A stretch of 64,000 nucleotides of DNA, taken from contig CAVUOO010000003.1 in the NCBI GenBank assembly GCA_963743195.1, positions 747,771-811,770 of the forward strand. Reading direction: 5' to 3'. This stretch comes from an uncultured Gemmatimonadales bacterium (GTDB lineage Bacteria > Gemmatimonadota > Gemmatimonadetes > Gemmatimonadales > GWC2-71-9). Each line of letters begins with the position of its first letter. Position 1 is the stretch's first letter. Under the pieces are notes generated by a model. The model was not told where the DNA came from and did no database searches. It saw only the letters and a program-made list of their open reading frames with translations. The position numbers and the translations under genes are program-made. Shown here piece by piece: positions 51,090 to 61,078 of the stretch.

Positions 51090-54000
51090 CAGAACTCGCG
51101 TTCCCAGAGAATGTCGAGACCGATCTGGTAGGGGTTGGTGCTGGTGAAGCGCGTGGCGTTGGCGCTCAACGTGCCGCAGCTCTGCACGGTCGGCTCCACC
51201 GAGCTCTGCAGCTTCCATTCGCGGCTGAACCGGAACTCGAGGCTTGCGCCGAGTGTGCGTCCCCGAAGCTGGCTGAAATCGGGACAGAAGCCGGCACTGA
51301 ACGTGAGAAAGGTCTTCTTGCCGATCTGCCAGCCCGCGGCGAGTTGGGTGAGCGTGCCGGCGGTTCCCGCGCTCGAGGAGACCCCCGGCCGGATCTCGAT
51401 CAGGTCAATCGGCACGCCGAAGTCCTGAATGAGTGCGCGCTCCAATTCACTCGAGAGTGCGCTCGAGAAGTAGGACAGCCCGGTCTGCAGGGCGCTTCCC
51501 TGCCCGACCTGCGCAGCTTCACTCGCCGGGTATCCGGTGATGAGGTACGACACCAGGTCCGTCTCCGAAATCGGCGGACGGAACGTGCTTTCGAGGGAGA
51601 CCTTGGGGGCGTAGAGCGTACCCGTAATGTTGGCGATGACGGGAATCTCATCGCCGCTCCGCACCGTCCGCACGACGTGTTGCGCCTGAATGTCGAGCCC
51701 CGCGTTGAGGTCGCCGATGTAGCTCACCTGACCCCTGCTCACGGTAAAGTCACGCGTCACCGGACCAATCTTGAGTGTGTAGCTCCCTCGAGCGGCGTTC
51801 AGGGTACCGGTAGGCGAGTAGTCCTGCCCGGTCTTGCTCACCCGAACGCTGCCATCCAGCTGGATGTTCGCCTCGGCGGAGCGAAGCCATACATCCGAGC
51901 CCATCGAGAGACGAAGGTCGGAGATCCTGAGCGAGTCGAGAAACCGGTTCTGGAATTTGGCGCCGAGGTTCTCGCGTCGGATCAGTGTCGTATCGACCAG
52001 GTCCGCATACGTCGGATCCTCGAGATCGATGATCCGCTTGTTGACGAGATCGGCGAAATAGAGCACACCACTATTCGCGACGAGATTGCCGGTGAGAGTC
52101 GCGCCGAAGACGGGGCCCTGCAGCTGAAGGCTGCCGGTACCCACCAGCGTGAGAAAATTGCGCACATCGATGGCGCGGAATTGATCGGCCCGAAGGTCGA
52201 GCCCGAGGATGGGGCGCGAAAGGTCCTCGAGGCGAAGTCCACCCGTGATCTCGAGGCGACCTCCTCCGCTCGTCACCAGCACATCGTGCAGGACCACAGA
52301 ATCTCCCTGCAGGACTGCTCCCCCTTTGACCGTGCCGAAACGAACGCCGAGACCCGGAATGCTCATACTGCCGCCCGTCACGTCGACCTTGCCGGCGAGT
52401 CGCGGCTCGGCCCACGTGCCCTCGACCTGGACGTCGGCCCCGAGGGTGCCGTGCACTTGCGTGACGGCTGGTGTCAACGCCTCCAGGATTCCGAGGTCCA
52501 CGCTGTCGGTGTGGGCGCGAACCGAGATCGGTCCATCGAGCCGGCGCTCCTTTGCCCCCTTGAACGCGAGGTCGAGGGGAAGGTGCGCTTCGACCTGCAG
52601 GATGTCTTCTCCGGTCCGCCAGAGATCGAGATTCGCGTCGAACCGCCGATCGGCATACTTGACGACGCCCTCGACGAGCGGAGCGTGGAAATCGCCAAAC
52701 CGGCCGTCGGCCAGACGGGCGACGCCGCGGACCGTCGGCGCCGTCGAAGTGCCGCCGACCTGCATCGCGAGTCCCACGTCGCCGGCGACGCCGAGCGTGT
52801 CCCGCCCAAGCATGGCGTACAGGTCGTGGAGGTCGAGGCCCATCACCTCGACCGTCAGCGCTCCGGGTGCCCCGGCCGGGATTCTCCCCTCGGTGCGAAC
52901 GGTCCCGGACCCGTCGGTCGCCAGGAGCGTGAGCGCCCCGACCGTCGTGGCCGAATCGGCGAACGAGATCGTCACCGAGTCGCGAAGTCGATACCGATGA
53001 AGCGCCAGAATGCCCTGCAGCGTATCGAGTCTGACGAATCGTTCCTTCTCCTTCTGATACCACTCGCCGGCGCCGTCGAACCGGGAGGTCTCGCCAATCG
53101 ACACGCCCGCGTTCCACGCCAGCGAGTCGGCATAGCCATCCGCCTCTGCCGAGGCTTTCCGGAACGCGAGCTTCGCGGCTCCGATCGAGTCGCTGGCGAT
53201 GGCCATCGTTACTCGCGGTCGCGTCCCGCCAAGCCAGCCGAATCTCCCGGTGATCTTGGGCGAGCGGAACCGCTGCCACTCGAAGCGCTGAATCTCGAGG
53301 TCGCCCGACGCCTGTAACGAGTCGAGGCTGCCGGCGAGCTTCACCGTGCCGACCGCCGTGCCGCCGAGTGGCCGCGCGTCCTTGGACGTGTCCCGGGTCT
53401 GGCCGGTGCTGGCGAGGAGAAGCGAGTCGAAGCCGATCAAGCTGTCGGCGAGCAGCGCGAACGCCATCGCTCCAGTGTGCGGAGCACGCCAGCCGAGGGT
53501 CCCGCTGCCCGTCGCGTGCGCACCCTTCCAGGTGACATACGCGGTGTCCACCCGGATGACGCTGTCGTGAATCGCTCCGCGACCGAACACGCTGTCGAAC
53601 TCCCATTCCCGAATTCGTCCGCGCCCGAGCGCGAGCTCCAGGTCCGCCTCAGGCGCCCGCGTGGTGTCGATACTGCCCGTGACCCGAAGCTGACCGGCAA
53701 GCGTGGTCGGGAGCGGCCGGTTGCTCAGGGCCGCGAGATCCAGGCGTGAGAAGCGGAGCAGCAGGTTCTCCGCCCCCCACTTCGGGGGCAGCACCGTCAT
53801 AGTTCCGATCGCATCGATGCTACCGATCTCACCGGTGAGCGACGCGTCTACCTGAAGGTGCTCGAGGGTTCCCTTGCTTCGGAACGTGCCACGAACGTCA
53901 CCGCGCGAGACGAGAGAGGGGAACGCCGGGCGGATCCCGTCGAACGACAGGGGATCGAGGGTGACGTCGGTCGCCAGGCTGAGGGTATCGAACCGCGTGT

Positions 54001-55492
54001 CGAGATGAACGCTGCCGGTGGCCTGGCTCACCGGGAGTCCGGCGTCCTGGTGACGCGCCGTACCGCGGAAGGTGATGTTGCGAAGCGGTCCGTCGAGGGT
54101 CCCGGAGGCCGCCATCCGTCCATGCAGGATGATCGCCGGGGCCACCAGACGCGCGGTACGAAGGTCGATGTTGGATCGGCGCAGGTTGAAGTCGGAGAAC
54201 GTGAGCCCACTGTCCGGCGACGCGCCGACGACACCGTCTCCCGCCACGAGGGTCACCGGGTTCCCGGGAACTCGGGCGTCCGCAAAGGCCCAGTCGAGCG
54301 TGAGGTCGATGGCGTCGAGGTAGCCCGACCCGGCCACCGAACCGGAAATCGTCCCGTAAAACGGGAGCGTGTCGACATACGGTCGAACCGCATCGAGGTC
54401 GAGATCCTTCAGCGTGAGACGCATGTTCCGGAAGCCCAGCCCCCGTTTCCGGTCGGTGAGCGCAACGAGCTCGCCATCGATCCGCTGGGCACCCTGACGG
54501 AGGTGCAGGTCGCGGACGTCGTAGGCAGTGAGGGCGCCCGTCTCCGAGCGGGCGACGAGCACTCCGCTTCCTGTCATCGAGGGAAAGTCGGGAGAGACCC
54601 ACCGCAAATCCTCGAGGCTGACCTGCGGTGAGTTCACCTGAAAGTCGAAGAGCACCGTGTCATGCGGCCACGTAACGGCGCCGCCCCCGGAGAATCGGGT
54701 GCCGGGGAGTGCGCCTCGGGACAGACTGAACACCGCGCTGTCCCCGTGGAGTCGGACTCGTCCCACGGCATCGCGGAGCGTCACCGCCGGATCGCTGACT
54801 CGCGTGGCGAGCGAGTCGAGATCGATCGTGAACGGCTTGTGGTCCGGTGTCGTGATGCGCATTCGGGACATCCGCGTCGTGAGATCCGACAGAAGAATCA
54901 CCTTGCGAAGTCCCTCGGGTGCCTCTTCGATCAGCCGTCCCGGCTTCGCCCGCTCGGCGTTGAGGGCGGAGTCACGCTGCGCCTTCGTCTTGAGTGAGCT
55001 CGAGGGATTCCAGGGGAGCGCGATCCGGAGCGCACCGCCATTGACCTTCAGATCGTGGAACTCGATGAGCGGCGACGTTCCACCTCCCTTTCCCTTGCCG
55101 AGCCCCAATACCTCCTCGTAATTCATGCGACCGTTGCGGTGCTTGATGAGTTGGATCGTGGGGTGGTCGAGCTGAAGGTCGCTCAAGATCACCTGACGGG
55201 CGAGAAAGTTCGGCAGCCGGTAGTTGAGGCGCACGCGCGGCAGATCCGCCAGGAGCGCGCCGCTGGTGTCGCGAACGACGAGATCTTCGAGTGTCAGGTC
55301 GTAGAGGAACGAGCCCGAGATGGCCCCGACCTTGACCTGGCCAATGATGATCTCGTCGAGCATGCGCGAGACGGTCCGCGCGAGGAGCGCCCGTCCCGGT
55401 GGGGTGAGCGTCATCGACGTCACTACGCCGAGAATCATCGCCACGGTGCCGACGATGAATACGAAGAAGAACCTGGCCACCAGGCGTCGCAT
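51089..55492 (-). CDS. tamB: translocation and assembly module subunit TamB (AsmA-like giant beta-rich protein)
   Basis: 1467 aa from MRRLVARFFFVFIVGTVAMILGVV (N-terminal anchor). A long repetitive beta-rich body and a C-terminal DUF490-like end. Sits directly after an Omp85 gene with a 1-nt overlap. Confidence 0.8.
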   Translation of the reverse strand: MRRLVARFFFVFIVGTVAMILGVVTSMTLTPPGRALLARTVSRMLDEIIIGQVKVGAISGSFLYDLTLEDLVVRDTSGALLADLPRVRLNYRLPNFLARQVILSDLQLDHPTIQLIKHRNGRMNYEEVLGLGKGKGGGTSPLIEFHDLKVNGGALRIALPWNPSSSLKTKAQRDSALNAERAKPGRLIEEAPEGLRKVILLSDLTTRMSRMRITTPDHKPFTIDLDSLATRVSDPAVTLRDAVGRVRLHGDSAVFSLSRGALPGTRFSGGGAVTWPHDTVLFDFQVNSPQVSLEDLRWVSPDFPSMTGSGVLVARSETGALTAYDVRDLHLRQGAQRIDGELVALTDRKRGLGFRNMRLTLKDLDLDAVRPYVDTLPFYGTISGSVAGSGYLDAIDLTLDWAFADARVPGNPVTLVAGDGVVGASPDSGLTFSDFNLRRSNIDLRTARLVAPAIILHGRMAASGTLDGPLRNITFRGTARHQDAGLPVSQATGSVHLDTRFDTLSLATDVTLDPLSFDGIRPAFPSLVSRGDVRGTFRSKGTLEHLQVDASLTGEIGSIDAIGTMTVLPPKWGAENLLLRFSRLDLAALSNRPLPTTLAGQLRVTGSIDTTRAPEADLELALGRGRIREWEFDSVFGRGAIHDSVIRVDTAYVTWKGAHATGSGTLGWRAPHTGAMAFALLADSLIGFDSLLLASTGQTRDTSKDARPLGGTAVGTVKLAGSLDSLQASGDLEIQRFEWQRFRSPKITGRFGWLGGTRPRVTMAIASDSIGAAKLAFRKASAEADGYADSLAWNAGVSIGETSRFDGAGEWYQKEKERFVRLDTLQGILALHRYRLRDSVTISFADSATTVGALTLLATDGSGTVRTEGRIPAGAPGALTVEVMGLDLHDLYAMLGRDTLGVAGDVGLAMQVGGTSTAPTVRGVARLADGRFGDFHAPLVEGVVKYADRRFDANLDLWRTGEDILQVEAHLPLDLAFKGAKERRLDGPISVRAHTDSVDLGILEALTPAVTQVHGTLGADVQVEGTWAEPRLAGKVDVTGGSMSIPGLGVRFGTVKGGAVLQGDSVVLHDVLVTSGGGRLEITGGLRLEDLSRPILGLDLRADQFRAIDVRNFLTLVGTGSLQLQGPVFGATLTGNLVANSGVLYFADLVNKRIIDLEDPTYADLVDTTLIRRENLGAKFQNRFLDSLRISDLRLSMGSDVWLRSAEANIQLDGSVRVSKTGQDYSPTGTLNAARGSYTLKIGPVTRDFTVSRGQVSYIGDLNAGLDIQAQHVVRTVRSGDEIPVIANITGTLYAPKVSLESTFRPPISETDLVSYLITGYPASEAAQVGQGSALQTGLSYFSSALSSELERALIQDFGVPIDLIEIRPGVSSSAGTAGTLTQLAAGWQIGKKTFLTFSAGFCPDFSQLRGRTLGASLEFRFSREWKLQSSVEPTVQSCGTLSANATRFTSTNPYQIGLDILWEREF

Positions 55493-57615
55493 CAGAAGGC
55501 CTGACCGACCGCGATGTGGTAGGTGACGTGGCTCTTCCGACCGAGCACGAACGACTCCTGGCCCGGAACCGCCGTCAGCGTACCCTGCGAGTCGAACTGG
55601 AAGAGCGTCCCCGGCGGAAGCCGATAGGGATTGTATGCCACGTCGAGACGGGCCGGACCGAGCGGGGTGCTGATCCGAAGCCCGAAGCCCGGCGTCACCC
55701 GCAGGGCGGCGGTGGAATTGGCGGCACCCCGTTCCCACACGCTTCCTGCATCCACGAAGGCTGCGAGCCGCATCCGCGAGCTGAAGACCGGCGACGGAAC
55801 CCGCAGCTCGAGATTTCCGACCGCCAAGGTGTTGCCGCCGGTCGCCGCGACCGTGACCGAATCGGGATTGAGTGGTAACCCGCGCGAGGAGGTCGAGTCG
55901 AGGTGTTCCTTGGAGACGACATAGACGACCGGTCCCAGCTCGTTCCGCTGGTACCCGCGCACGTCGTTGGGGCCGCCACCGTAGAACCGCTGTTCGGGGG
56001 GAATGAAGTTGCCCGATTGCGTGGCGACGTCCACCGTCGGCGCGAAGATCGCGCCGCCGCGCACCCGCCAGCTCAGCACCACGTCGCGAGCCAGCGGGTA
56101 GTACCAGGCGTAGTTGCCCACGACGCGAGTGAACTGCTGGAACGAGGAGGATCCGATGAATCTCGAGCTGAGCGTCGCTTCCACCGACGCCACGGATCCG
56201 CGACTCGGGTCGAGCGGGTTGTTCACTCGCGGCACGGTCCCGGTCGCCGTGAGCGTGGCGAGCACGCGGTTCTGTCGCAACAGCGTCACCAGATCCGGCG
56301 TACAGGCATTGAACGAGGCACAGAAGCTGACGGCGGTCGCTTCCGTGCGCCCGTAGGACAGCGTGTAGGCCAGGGAAAGCGGAATCCGCTTCTTCGGCGT
56401 CTCGCGCCGCAGCAGCAGTGTCGTTCCCGTCTCCTGACGCAGATAAACCTTGAACTCGGAGCGCCGCTCCGCGAACACCGAAACCGAAATCGTATTGTTC
56501 GGTGAAAGGAATGCCGGCCGCCGTATCGAGGCGCCGAGGTAGAAATTCACCTTGGCCGAGCCGACGGTGTCCTCCTTGGATGGACTGCAGATGCTATTCG
56601 CCAGTCCCCAATCGAAGGGGCTACCCACTCCGACCTTCGAGACCCGGCTCGTCAGGTCGAGAATCCGACCACTGCCCCCGAGAAAGTTGCGCGTAGTCCA
56701 CGCGGCTGATCCGCGGAAGCAATCGTCCGTTCCGTACCCGATCCCGCTCCGAATACGGTGCCGCTTGGCCTCGTTTACCTGAACCAAAATGGGAACCGAA
56801 TCCGCGCCCGGTTGGAAGGCGGTGGAATCGACGTTCACCGTGGCGAACCGGAACAGGTCCGAGCTGTAGAGATTCCGTTGACTCTGAAACAGCTCGTCCT
56901 GCGAGTAGAGGCGCCCGGGACGGCTCACGAGAAGCTTGCGCACGAGGTTAGGATCGATGCGGACCGTACCGTCGACGGTGACCGTGCTGATGACCGCGGT
57001 TCGTCCCGGCTCGACATCCATCGCCACCTTGGCGGTGTTCGCGTCCTTGTTGGTCTCGAAGCTCGAGAAGACCCGCGCGGTGGGGTAGCCGCGATCACGG
57101 AGCCGGCGCGTGATGGTGTCGGCGGTGACCTGCATGACGTAGCGGTTGAACGGATCGCCCTGCCGGAGCGGTAGGTCCACCAGTGTTTCTTCCCTGATTT
57201 CTTCAGGGAGCGTATCGATTCCCGTCACCTTGAGGTCGGTGACCCGAGTCGGTTCTCCTTCTGCGATCTTGAACGTGATGTAGACGTTTTGCGGGGTGCG
57301 CCGGACGATGGTGTCGATCTGGACGTGAGGATAGCCACTTCGACGATAGAAGACGTCGAGCCGGACGACGTCACGCCGGAATTCCTGCTCGTCGAAGGTT
57401 CGCTTCTCGCCGAGACCGAGCCAGCGGAAAAGGAAGGCCCGTGCAAACCAACTCGAGTTGGTGGTCGCGATCGCGGTGGCCAGGAGCTCGTCCGCGATCG
57501 CCTTGTTGCCCTCGAAGTCGAGCTTCCGGATCACCCGATCGCCATTCTGTGCGGCGGCCGTCGAGACCCCGGTCGCGAGCACCAATGCGAGCGCCGCCGC
57601 CACGGCTCCCCTCAC
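55492..57615 (-). CDS. tamA: Omp85-family outer membrane protein (TamA/BamA-like) with POTRA repeats
   Basis: I prefer GTG 57615 (GGAG 5 nt upstream), which gives the signal peptide MRGAVAAALALVLATGVSTAAA/Q. The ORF-track start is 57699. POTRA-like units (IRKLDFEGNKAI..., VTDLKVTGI...), and a C-terminal barrel ending ...HIAVGQAF. Confidence 0.8.
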   Translation of the reverse strand: MRGAVAAALALVLATGVSTAAAQNGDRVIRKLDFEGNKAIADELLATAIATTNSSWFARAFLFRWLGLGEKRTFDEQEFRRDVVRLDVFYRRSGYPHVQIDTIVRRTPQNVYITFKIAEGEPTRVTDLKVTGIDTLPEEIREETLVDLPLRQGDPFNRYVMQVTADTITRRLRDRGYPTARVFSSFETNKDANTAKVAMDVEPGRTAVISTVTVDGTVRIDPNLVRKLLVSRPGRLYSQDELFQSQRNLYSSDLFRFATVNVDSTAFQPGADSVPILVQVNEAKRHRIRSGIGYGTDDCFRGSAAWTTRNFLGGSGRILDLTSRVSKVGVGSPFDWGLANSICSPSKEDTVGSAKVNFYLGASIRRPAFLSPNNTISVSVFAERRSEFKVYLRQETGTTLLLRRETPKKRIPLSLAYTLSYGRTEATAVSFCASFNACTPDLVTLLRQNRVLATLTATGTVPRVNNPLDPSRGSVASVEATLSSRFIGSSSFQQFTRVVGNYAWYYPLARDVVLSWRVRGGAIFAPTVDVATQSGNFIPPEQRFYGGGPNDVRGYQRNELGPVVYVVSKEHLDSTSSRGLPLNPDSVTVAATGGNTLAVGNLELRVPSPVFSSRMRLAAFVDAGSVWERGAANSTAALRVTPGFGLRISTPLGPARLDVAYNPYRLPPGTLFQFDSQGTLTAVPGQESFVLGRKSHVTYHIAVGQAF

Positions 57616-57718
57616 TGGAGCTCCAAGGCTGCACGGCGAGGCGCGGATGGCGACGAGCTGGCGATTGACGACATGCTGTAAGCCATGTATTTTGACCACG
57701 TTACGTCTTCAAGTCAAC

Positions 57719-57735
57719 GATGGCACGCCATCCGC
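57719..57735 (+). promoter_or_regulatory. 14-bp perfect palindrome GATGGCACGCCATC overlapping a weak sigma54-like motif TGGCACG-N4-CCGC
   Basis: Palindrome at 57719-57732 in the divergent tamA/dacB spacer. The -24 half is perfect, and the -12 half keeps only the GC. Confidence 0.2.
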
Positions 57736-57881
57736 GAACCCGCGTTCGATCATATCTCGACGCCAATCGCCCAGGCTCTCTCTCCCCGCCATCACCTCGG
57801 CTGCTCTCGTGTTTCCCGAGACCATGGACGCACGGTGCGGGCCAAAGGTCTGCGCGACAAACCTCCTCGCGGATCCGATCT

Positions 57882-59384
57882 ATGCATCGCAGGACTCGAG
57901 TAGTCCTCCTCCGTACCATGCTCTTGGCGCTGATCGGAGCGCCAGCGGGACTTCGCGCCCAATCGCTCACGAAGCGACTCGATGCCAGGCTGGACACGCC
58001 GCCGTTCAATCGCCAGCTCTGGGGCGTGGCGGTGGTAGACGACAAGGGACGCCTGCTCTACGGACGAAACCCCGAGCGTCTGTTCATTCCGGCGAGCAAC
58101 ACCAAGCTCGTCGTCACTGTCGTCGCCTCCGCTCTCCTTCGACCGGACTGGACGGTCCGGACCAGCGTGTACGCCGGTGGGCCCGTGGTCAACGGAGTCG
58201 TTCAGGGCGACCTCATTCTGTACGGAAGGGGTGACCCGACGATGGGGCACCGCTGCTATGCGACTGATTCCACCGCGGCTGGCGTCTGCGATACGGACTC
58301 GTTCGCGCGGCTGCGTCAATTGGCGGACACCTTGCGAGCCCGCGGCATCCGGGAGATACAGGGGGACCTGGTAGGGGACGGGAGTTACTTCGAGCCGCTG
58401 ACCGTCAACCCGAACTGGGAGGGGTTCGACCTCAATTGGTGGTACGCTGCGCCGGTATCGGGCCTCGGATTCAACGACAACAGTGTGGACTTCGCGTGGG
58501 GCCCCGGTCCCGACGTCGGTGCCCCGGCGTCGATCACGATGAGCCCCAATCTGGGCGACATCGCCTTCGAGAACCGCACGGTCACGGTCGCCCCGGGTGG
58601 CGACTCGGACATCGGCGATCGCTTCTTTCGGGCGCCGGGCACGCTGCAGATCTGGGCAGAGGGCACGGTCGCACGCGACCACCCGATCAAGCGTGAGTCC
58701 TTCGCCATCCCGGATCCGAATCTCTTCACCGCGAGAGCACTGCGCCAGATGCTCGGCGAAGCGGGGATCTCGGTCACCGGGACGACGCGCGCGACCACCG
58801 ATTCGATGCTCTATCTCACCGCTCGCCGCAGCGCTCCGCTCGCGGAGGTGCAGTCACGGCCGCTCAAGGACTGGGTCTTCCCGATCCTCAACACCAGTCA
58901 GAACTGGTTCGCCGAAATGCTTCTCAAGCAGCTCGGCCGCCAGTTCGGCAAATCGGGCTCGTGGGAGGAAGGACTCCGCGTGGAGCGCCGATTCCTCATC
59001 GATTCGGTACGCGTCGATTCTACCGAGTTTTCACTCCTGGATGGCTCCGGACTCTCGAGCGGAAACCTGATCACTCCGCTCGCTTTCACTCAGATGCTGC
59101 GCTTTATCCGCGGCCATCCGAGATACCCGACCTTCATCGCCGGGCTTCCGCGGTCGGGAGACACTGGCTCACTCCACACCAGGTTCCTGGACACCCCGCT
59201 CGCGGGACTGGTGCGCGCGAAAACCGGCGGCATCGGCGGCGTGAACACCCTGACGGGCTACATCGATTTACCGAACGGGCATCCGCTCACGTTTTCGGTC
59301 CAGGCCAATCACCACACACTCGACTCCCGCACCATCCTTCACGCGATCGACGACGTGGTGGTGGAGATGGCCAAGGGGCGGTAA
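57882..59384 (+). CDS. dacB: D-alanyl-D-alanine carboxypeptidase/endopeptidase PBP4 (peptidase S13)
   Basis: ATG 57882 gives the signal peptide MHRRTRVVLLRTMLLALIGAPAGLRAQ. SxxK (PASNTKLV), SGLS (SxN-like) and KTGG motifs. Confidence 0.85.
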   Translation: MHRRTRVVLLRTMLLALIGAPAGLRAQSLTKRLDARLDTPPFNRQLWGVAVVDDKGRLLYGRNPERLFIPASNTKLVVTVVASALLRPDWTVRTSVYAGGPVVNGVVQGDLILYGRGDPTMGHRCYATDSTAAGVCDTDSFARLRQLADTLRARGIREIQGDLVGDGSYFEPLTVNPNWEGFDLNWWYAAPVSGLGFNDNSVDFAWGPGPDVGAPASITMSPNLGDIAFENRTVTVAPGGDSDIGDRFFRAPGTLQIWAEGTVARDHPIKRESFAIPDPNLFTARALRQMLGEAGISVTGTTRATTDSMLYLTARRSAPLAEVQSRPLKDWVFPILNTSQNWFAEMLLKQLGRQFGKSGSWEEGLRVERRFLIDSVRVDSTEFSLLDGSGLSSGNLITPLAFTQMLRFIRGHPRYPTFIAGLPRSGDTGSLHTRFLDTPLAGLVRAKTGGIGGVNTLTGYIDLPNGHPLTFSVQANHHTLDSRTILHAIDDVVVEMAKGR

Positions 59385-59393
59385 TTTGGCGCC

Positions 59394-59888
59394 ATGCTCC
59401 TCCTCCTCGTTCGCCACGCCAATGCCGGTGACCACGACCCCGCCCGCTGGCCGGACGACCGCGAGCGGCCCCTGACCGACAAGGGGCGAAAGACGCAGCG
59501 CAGGATGGGCCGGTTACTCGGCAGACTGGAATACATCCCATCGTTGGTGCTGACGAGTCCCTGGCTACGCGCGGCTCAGACCGCGGAGATCCTCGTCGAA
59601 ACGCTCGAGCTCGTTCATCCACCGGTGCCGTGCGACGCGTTGGCCGCGGACCCAGATGCGGCCCGATTAGCCGAGTGTGTCGGCGATCCAGGGGCAGACG
59701 CAACCGTCGCGATGGTGGGGCACTCCCCATGGATGGAAGAGCTGGCCGCGCTCCTGCTCGGGGGAAGCGTGTCGGGTCTTCGGGTCACCTTCCCCAAGAG
59801 CGGGGTAATGGGGATCGATCTGGAGAAGATCGAGCCGGGGGCGGGGGAGCTGCAGTTCTTTCTGAGACCGAAGATGGCAGATAAATGA
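59394..59888 (+). CDS. sixA: histidine phosphatase family protein (SixA-like phosphohistidine phosphatase)
   Basis: LLLVRHANAG (RHA motif), MVGHSPWM. 164 aa. Confidence 0.7.
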   Translation: MLLLLVRHANAGDHDPARWPDDRERPLTDKGRKTQRRMGRLLGRLEYIPSLVLTSPWLRAAQTAEILVETLELVHPPVPCDALAADPDAARLAECVGDPGADATVAMVGHSPWMEELAALLLGGSVSGLRVTFPKSGVMGIDLEKIEPGAGELQFFLRPKMADK

Positions 59889-59890
59889 GC

Positions 59891-60922
59891 TTATTCGCTC
59901 TGCCCGAAGATCGCCATGTTCGATGAATGACCGGGATTCACCTTGGCCTTGGGATTGATGTAGTGCACGGCATTGTTCACGGCGATGCACGCCTCCCCCG
60001 CTCCGGTCGCGATGAGCTTGAGCTTCCCGGGATAGCTCGCGACGTCACCCGCGGCATAGATACCCGGGACGTTCGTGGCCATCACGCGATCCACCTTGAT
60101 GTCGGCTTTCTCGGTGTCGAGACCCCACTCCTTGATGGCGCCAAGATCGGAATGGAAACCGAGGAGCGGAATCACCGCATCGATCGGTAGGCGCTCCTCC
60201 TCCTTGGTCTTGTTGTTGAAGATGGTGACCCCCTCCAGCCTGCCATTCCCGTGTAGAGCCTTTACCTCCCAGAACGTCCGCAGCTCGCACCGGTTGTCCC
60301 GATGCAGCTCCTGCACCTGATTGATCGTCGCCGCATGGGCACGGAACCCATCGCGACGGTGAATCAGCATCACCGACTTGGCGATTCCCTGGAGATTGAC
60401 CGCCCAGTCGAAGGCGGAGTCGCCGCCGCCGACGAGAAGCACACGCTGACCCTGGAATTGCCTCGGATCGAGGACCTTGAAGTAGAGCCCCCGCTCCTCG
60501 TACTCCTCCTCACCGTCTACCCCGAGCTTCCGAGCCTCGAAGGCCCCGATACCGGCCGCGATGACGATGGTCCGCGTCGGGTAGACATCGTCACTCGTTT
60601 CGAGAAGGAAGTGACTCGTGTCGCCGTTCTCGACCCGCCGAAGCCCGGTGACCACCTCGCCCAGATGGGTGGTGGCGCCGAACTGCAATCCTTGCGTGGC
60701 CATCTCCCGAATGAGGTCCTTCGCCAGAATCTTCGGGAAGCCGGCGACATCGAAGATGTATTTCTCGGGATACAGCGCCATCAACTGTCCACCGAGCGCG
60801 GGCAGGGCATCGATGATGCGCGCGGAGGCGCCGCGCATCCCGGCGTAGAAAGCGGCAAAGAGGCCCGTAGGGCCTCCTCCGATGATCGAGATGTCCTTGA
60901 GTTCCTGCTCGGCCACGTCCAC
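59891..60922 (-). CDS. thioredoxin-reductase-type ferredoxin--NADP(+) reductase
   Basis: IIGGGPTGLFAAFYAG (FAD), VGGGDSAFDWA (NADP), GDVASYPGKLKLIATG, and a C-terminal extension typical of YumC-type FNR. Confidence 0.8.
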   Translation of the reverse strand: MDVAEQELKDISIIGGGPTGLFAAFYAGMRGASARIIDALPALGGQLMALYPEKYIFDVAGFPKILAKDLIREMATQGLQFGATTHLGEVVTGLRRVENGDTSHFLLETSDDVYPTRTIVIAAGIGAFEARKLGVDGEEEYEERGLYFKVLDPRQFQGQRVLLVGGGDSAFDWAVNLQGIAKSVMLIHRRDGFRAHAATINQVQELHRDNRCELRTFWEVKALHGNGRLEGVTIFNNKTKEEERLPIDAVIPLLGFHSDLGAIKEWGLDTEKADIKVDRVMATNVPGIYAAGDVASYPGKLKLIATGAGEACIAVNNAVHYINPKAKVNPGHSSNMAIFGQSE

Positions 60923-61078
60923 TCCTGCGTGCGGTAGAGGTCGCTTGTTCCGTTTTGGTGCATAAATATAACGGCCGGGTCTGGCTCAATGCGACCCGAC
61001 GCGGACCGCCAATCCGGGGCGTATCTTACGCCGACGACGGCCACACAATACATCGATGCGGCGGGAGGTGGGCGAAGG

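Noticed and set aside
60923-61078. Possible cobalamin riboswitch next to the PduO-type adenosyltransferase. The reverse complement of GGCCGGGTCTGGCTC loosely resembles a B12 box.
   Set aside because: The spacer is only ~155 nt, the match to the B12-box consensus is partial, and the other conserved riboswitch stems are not visible.
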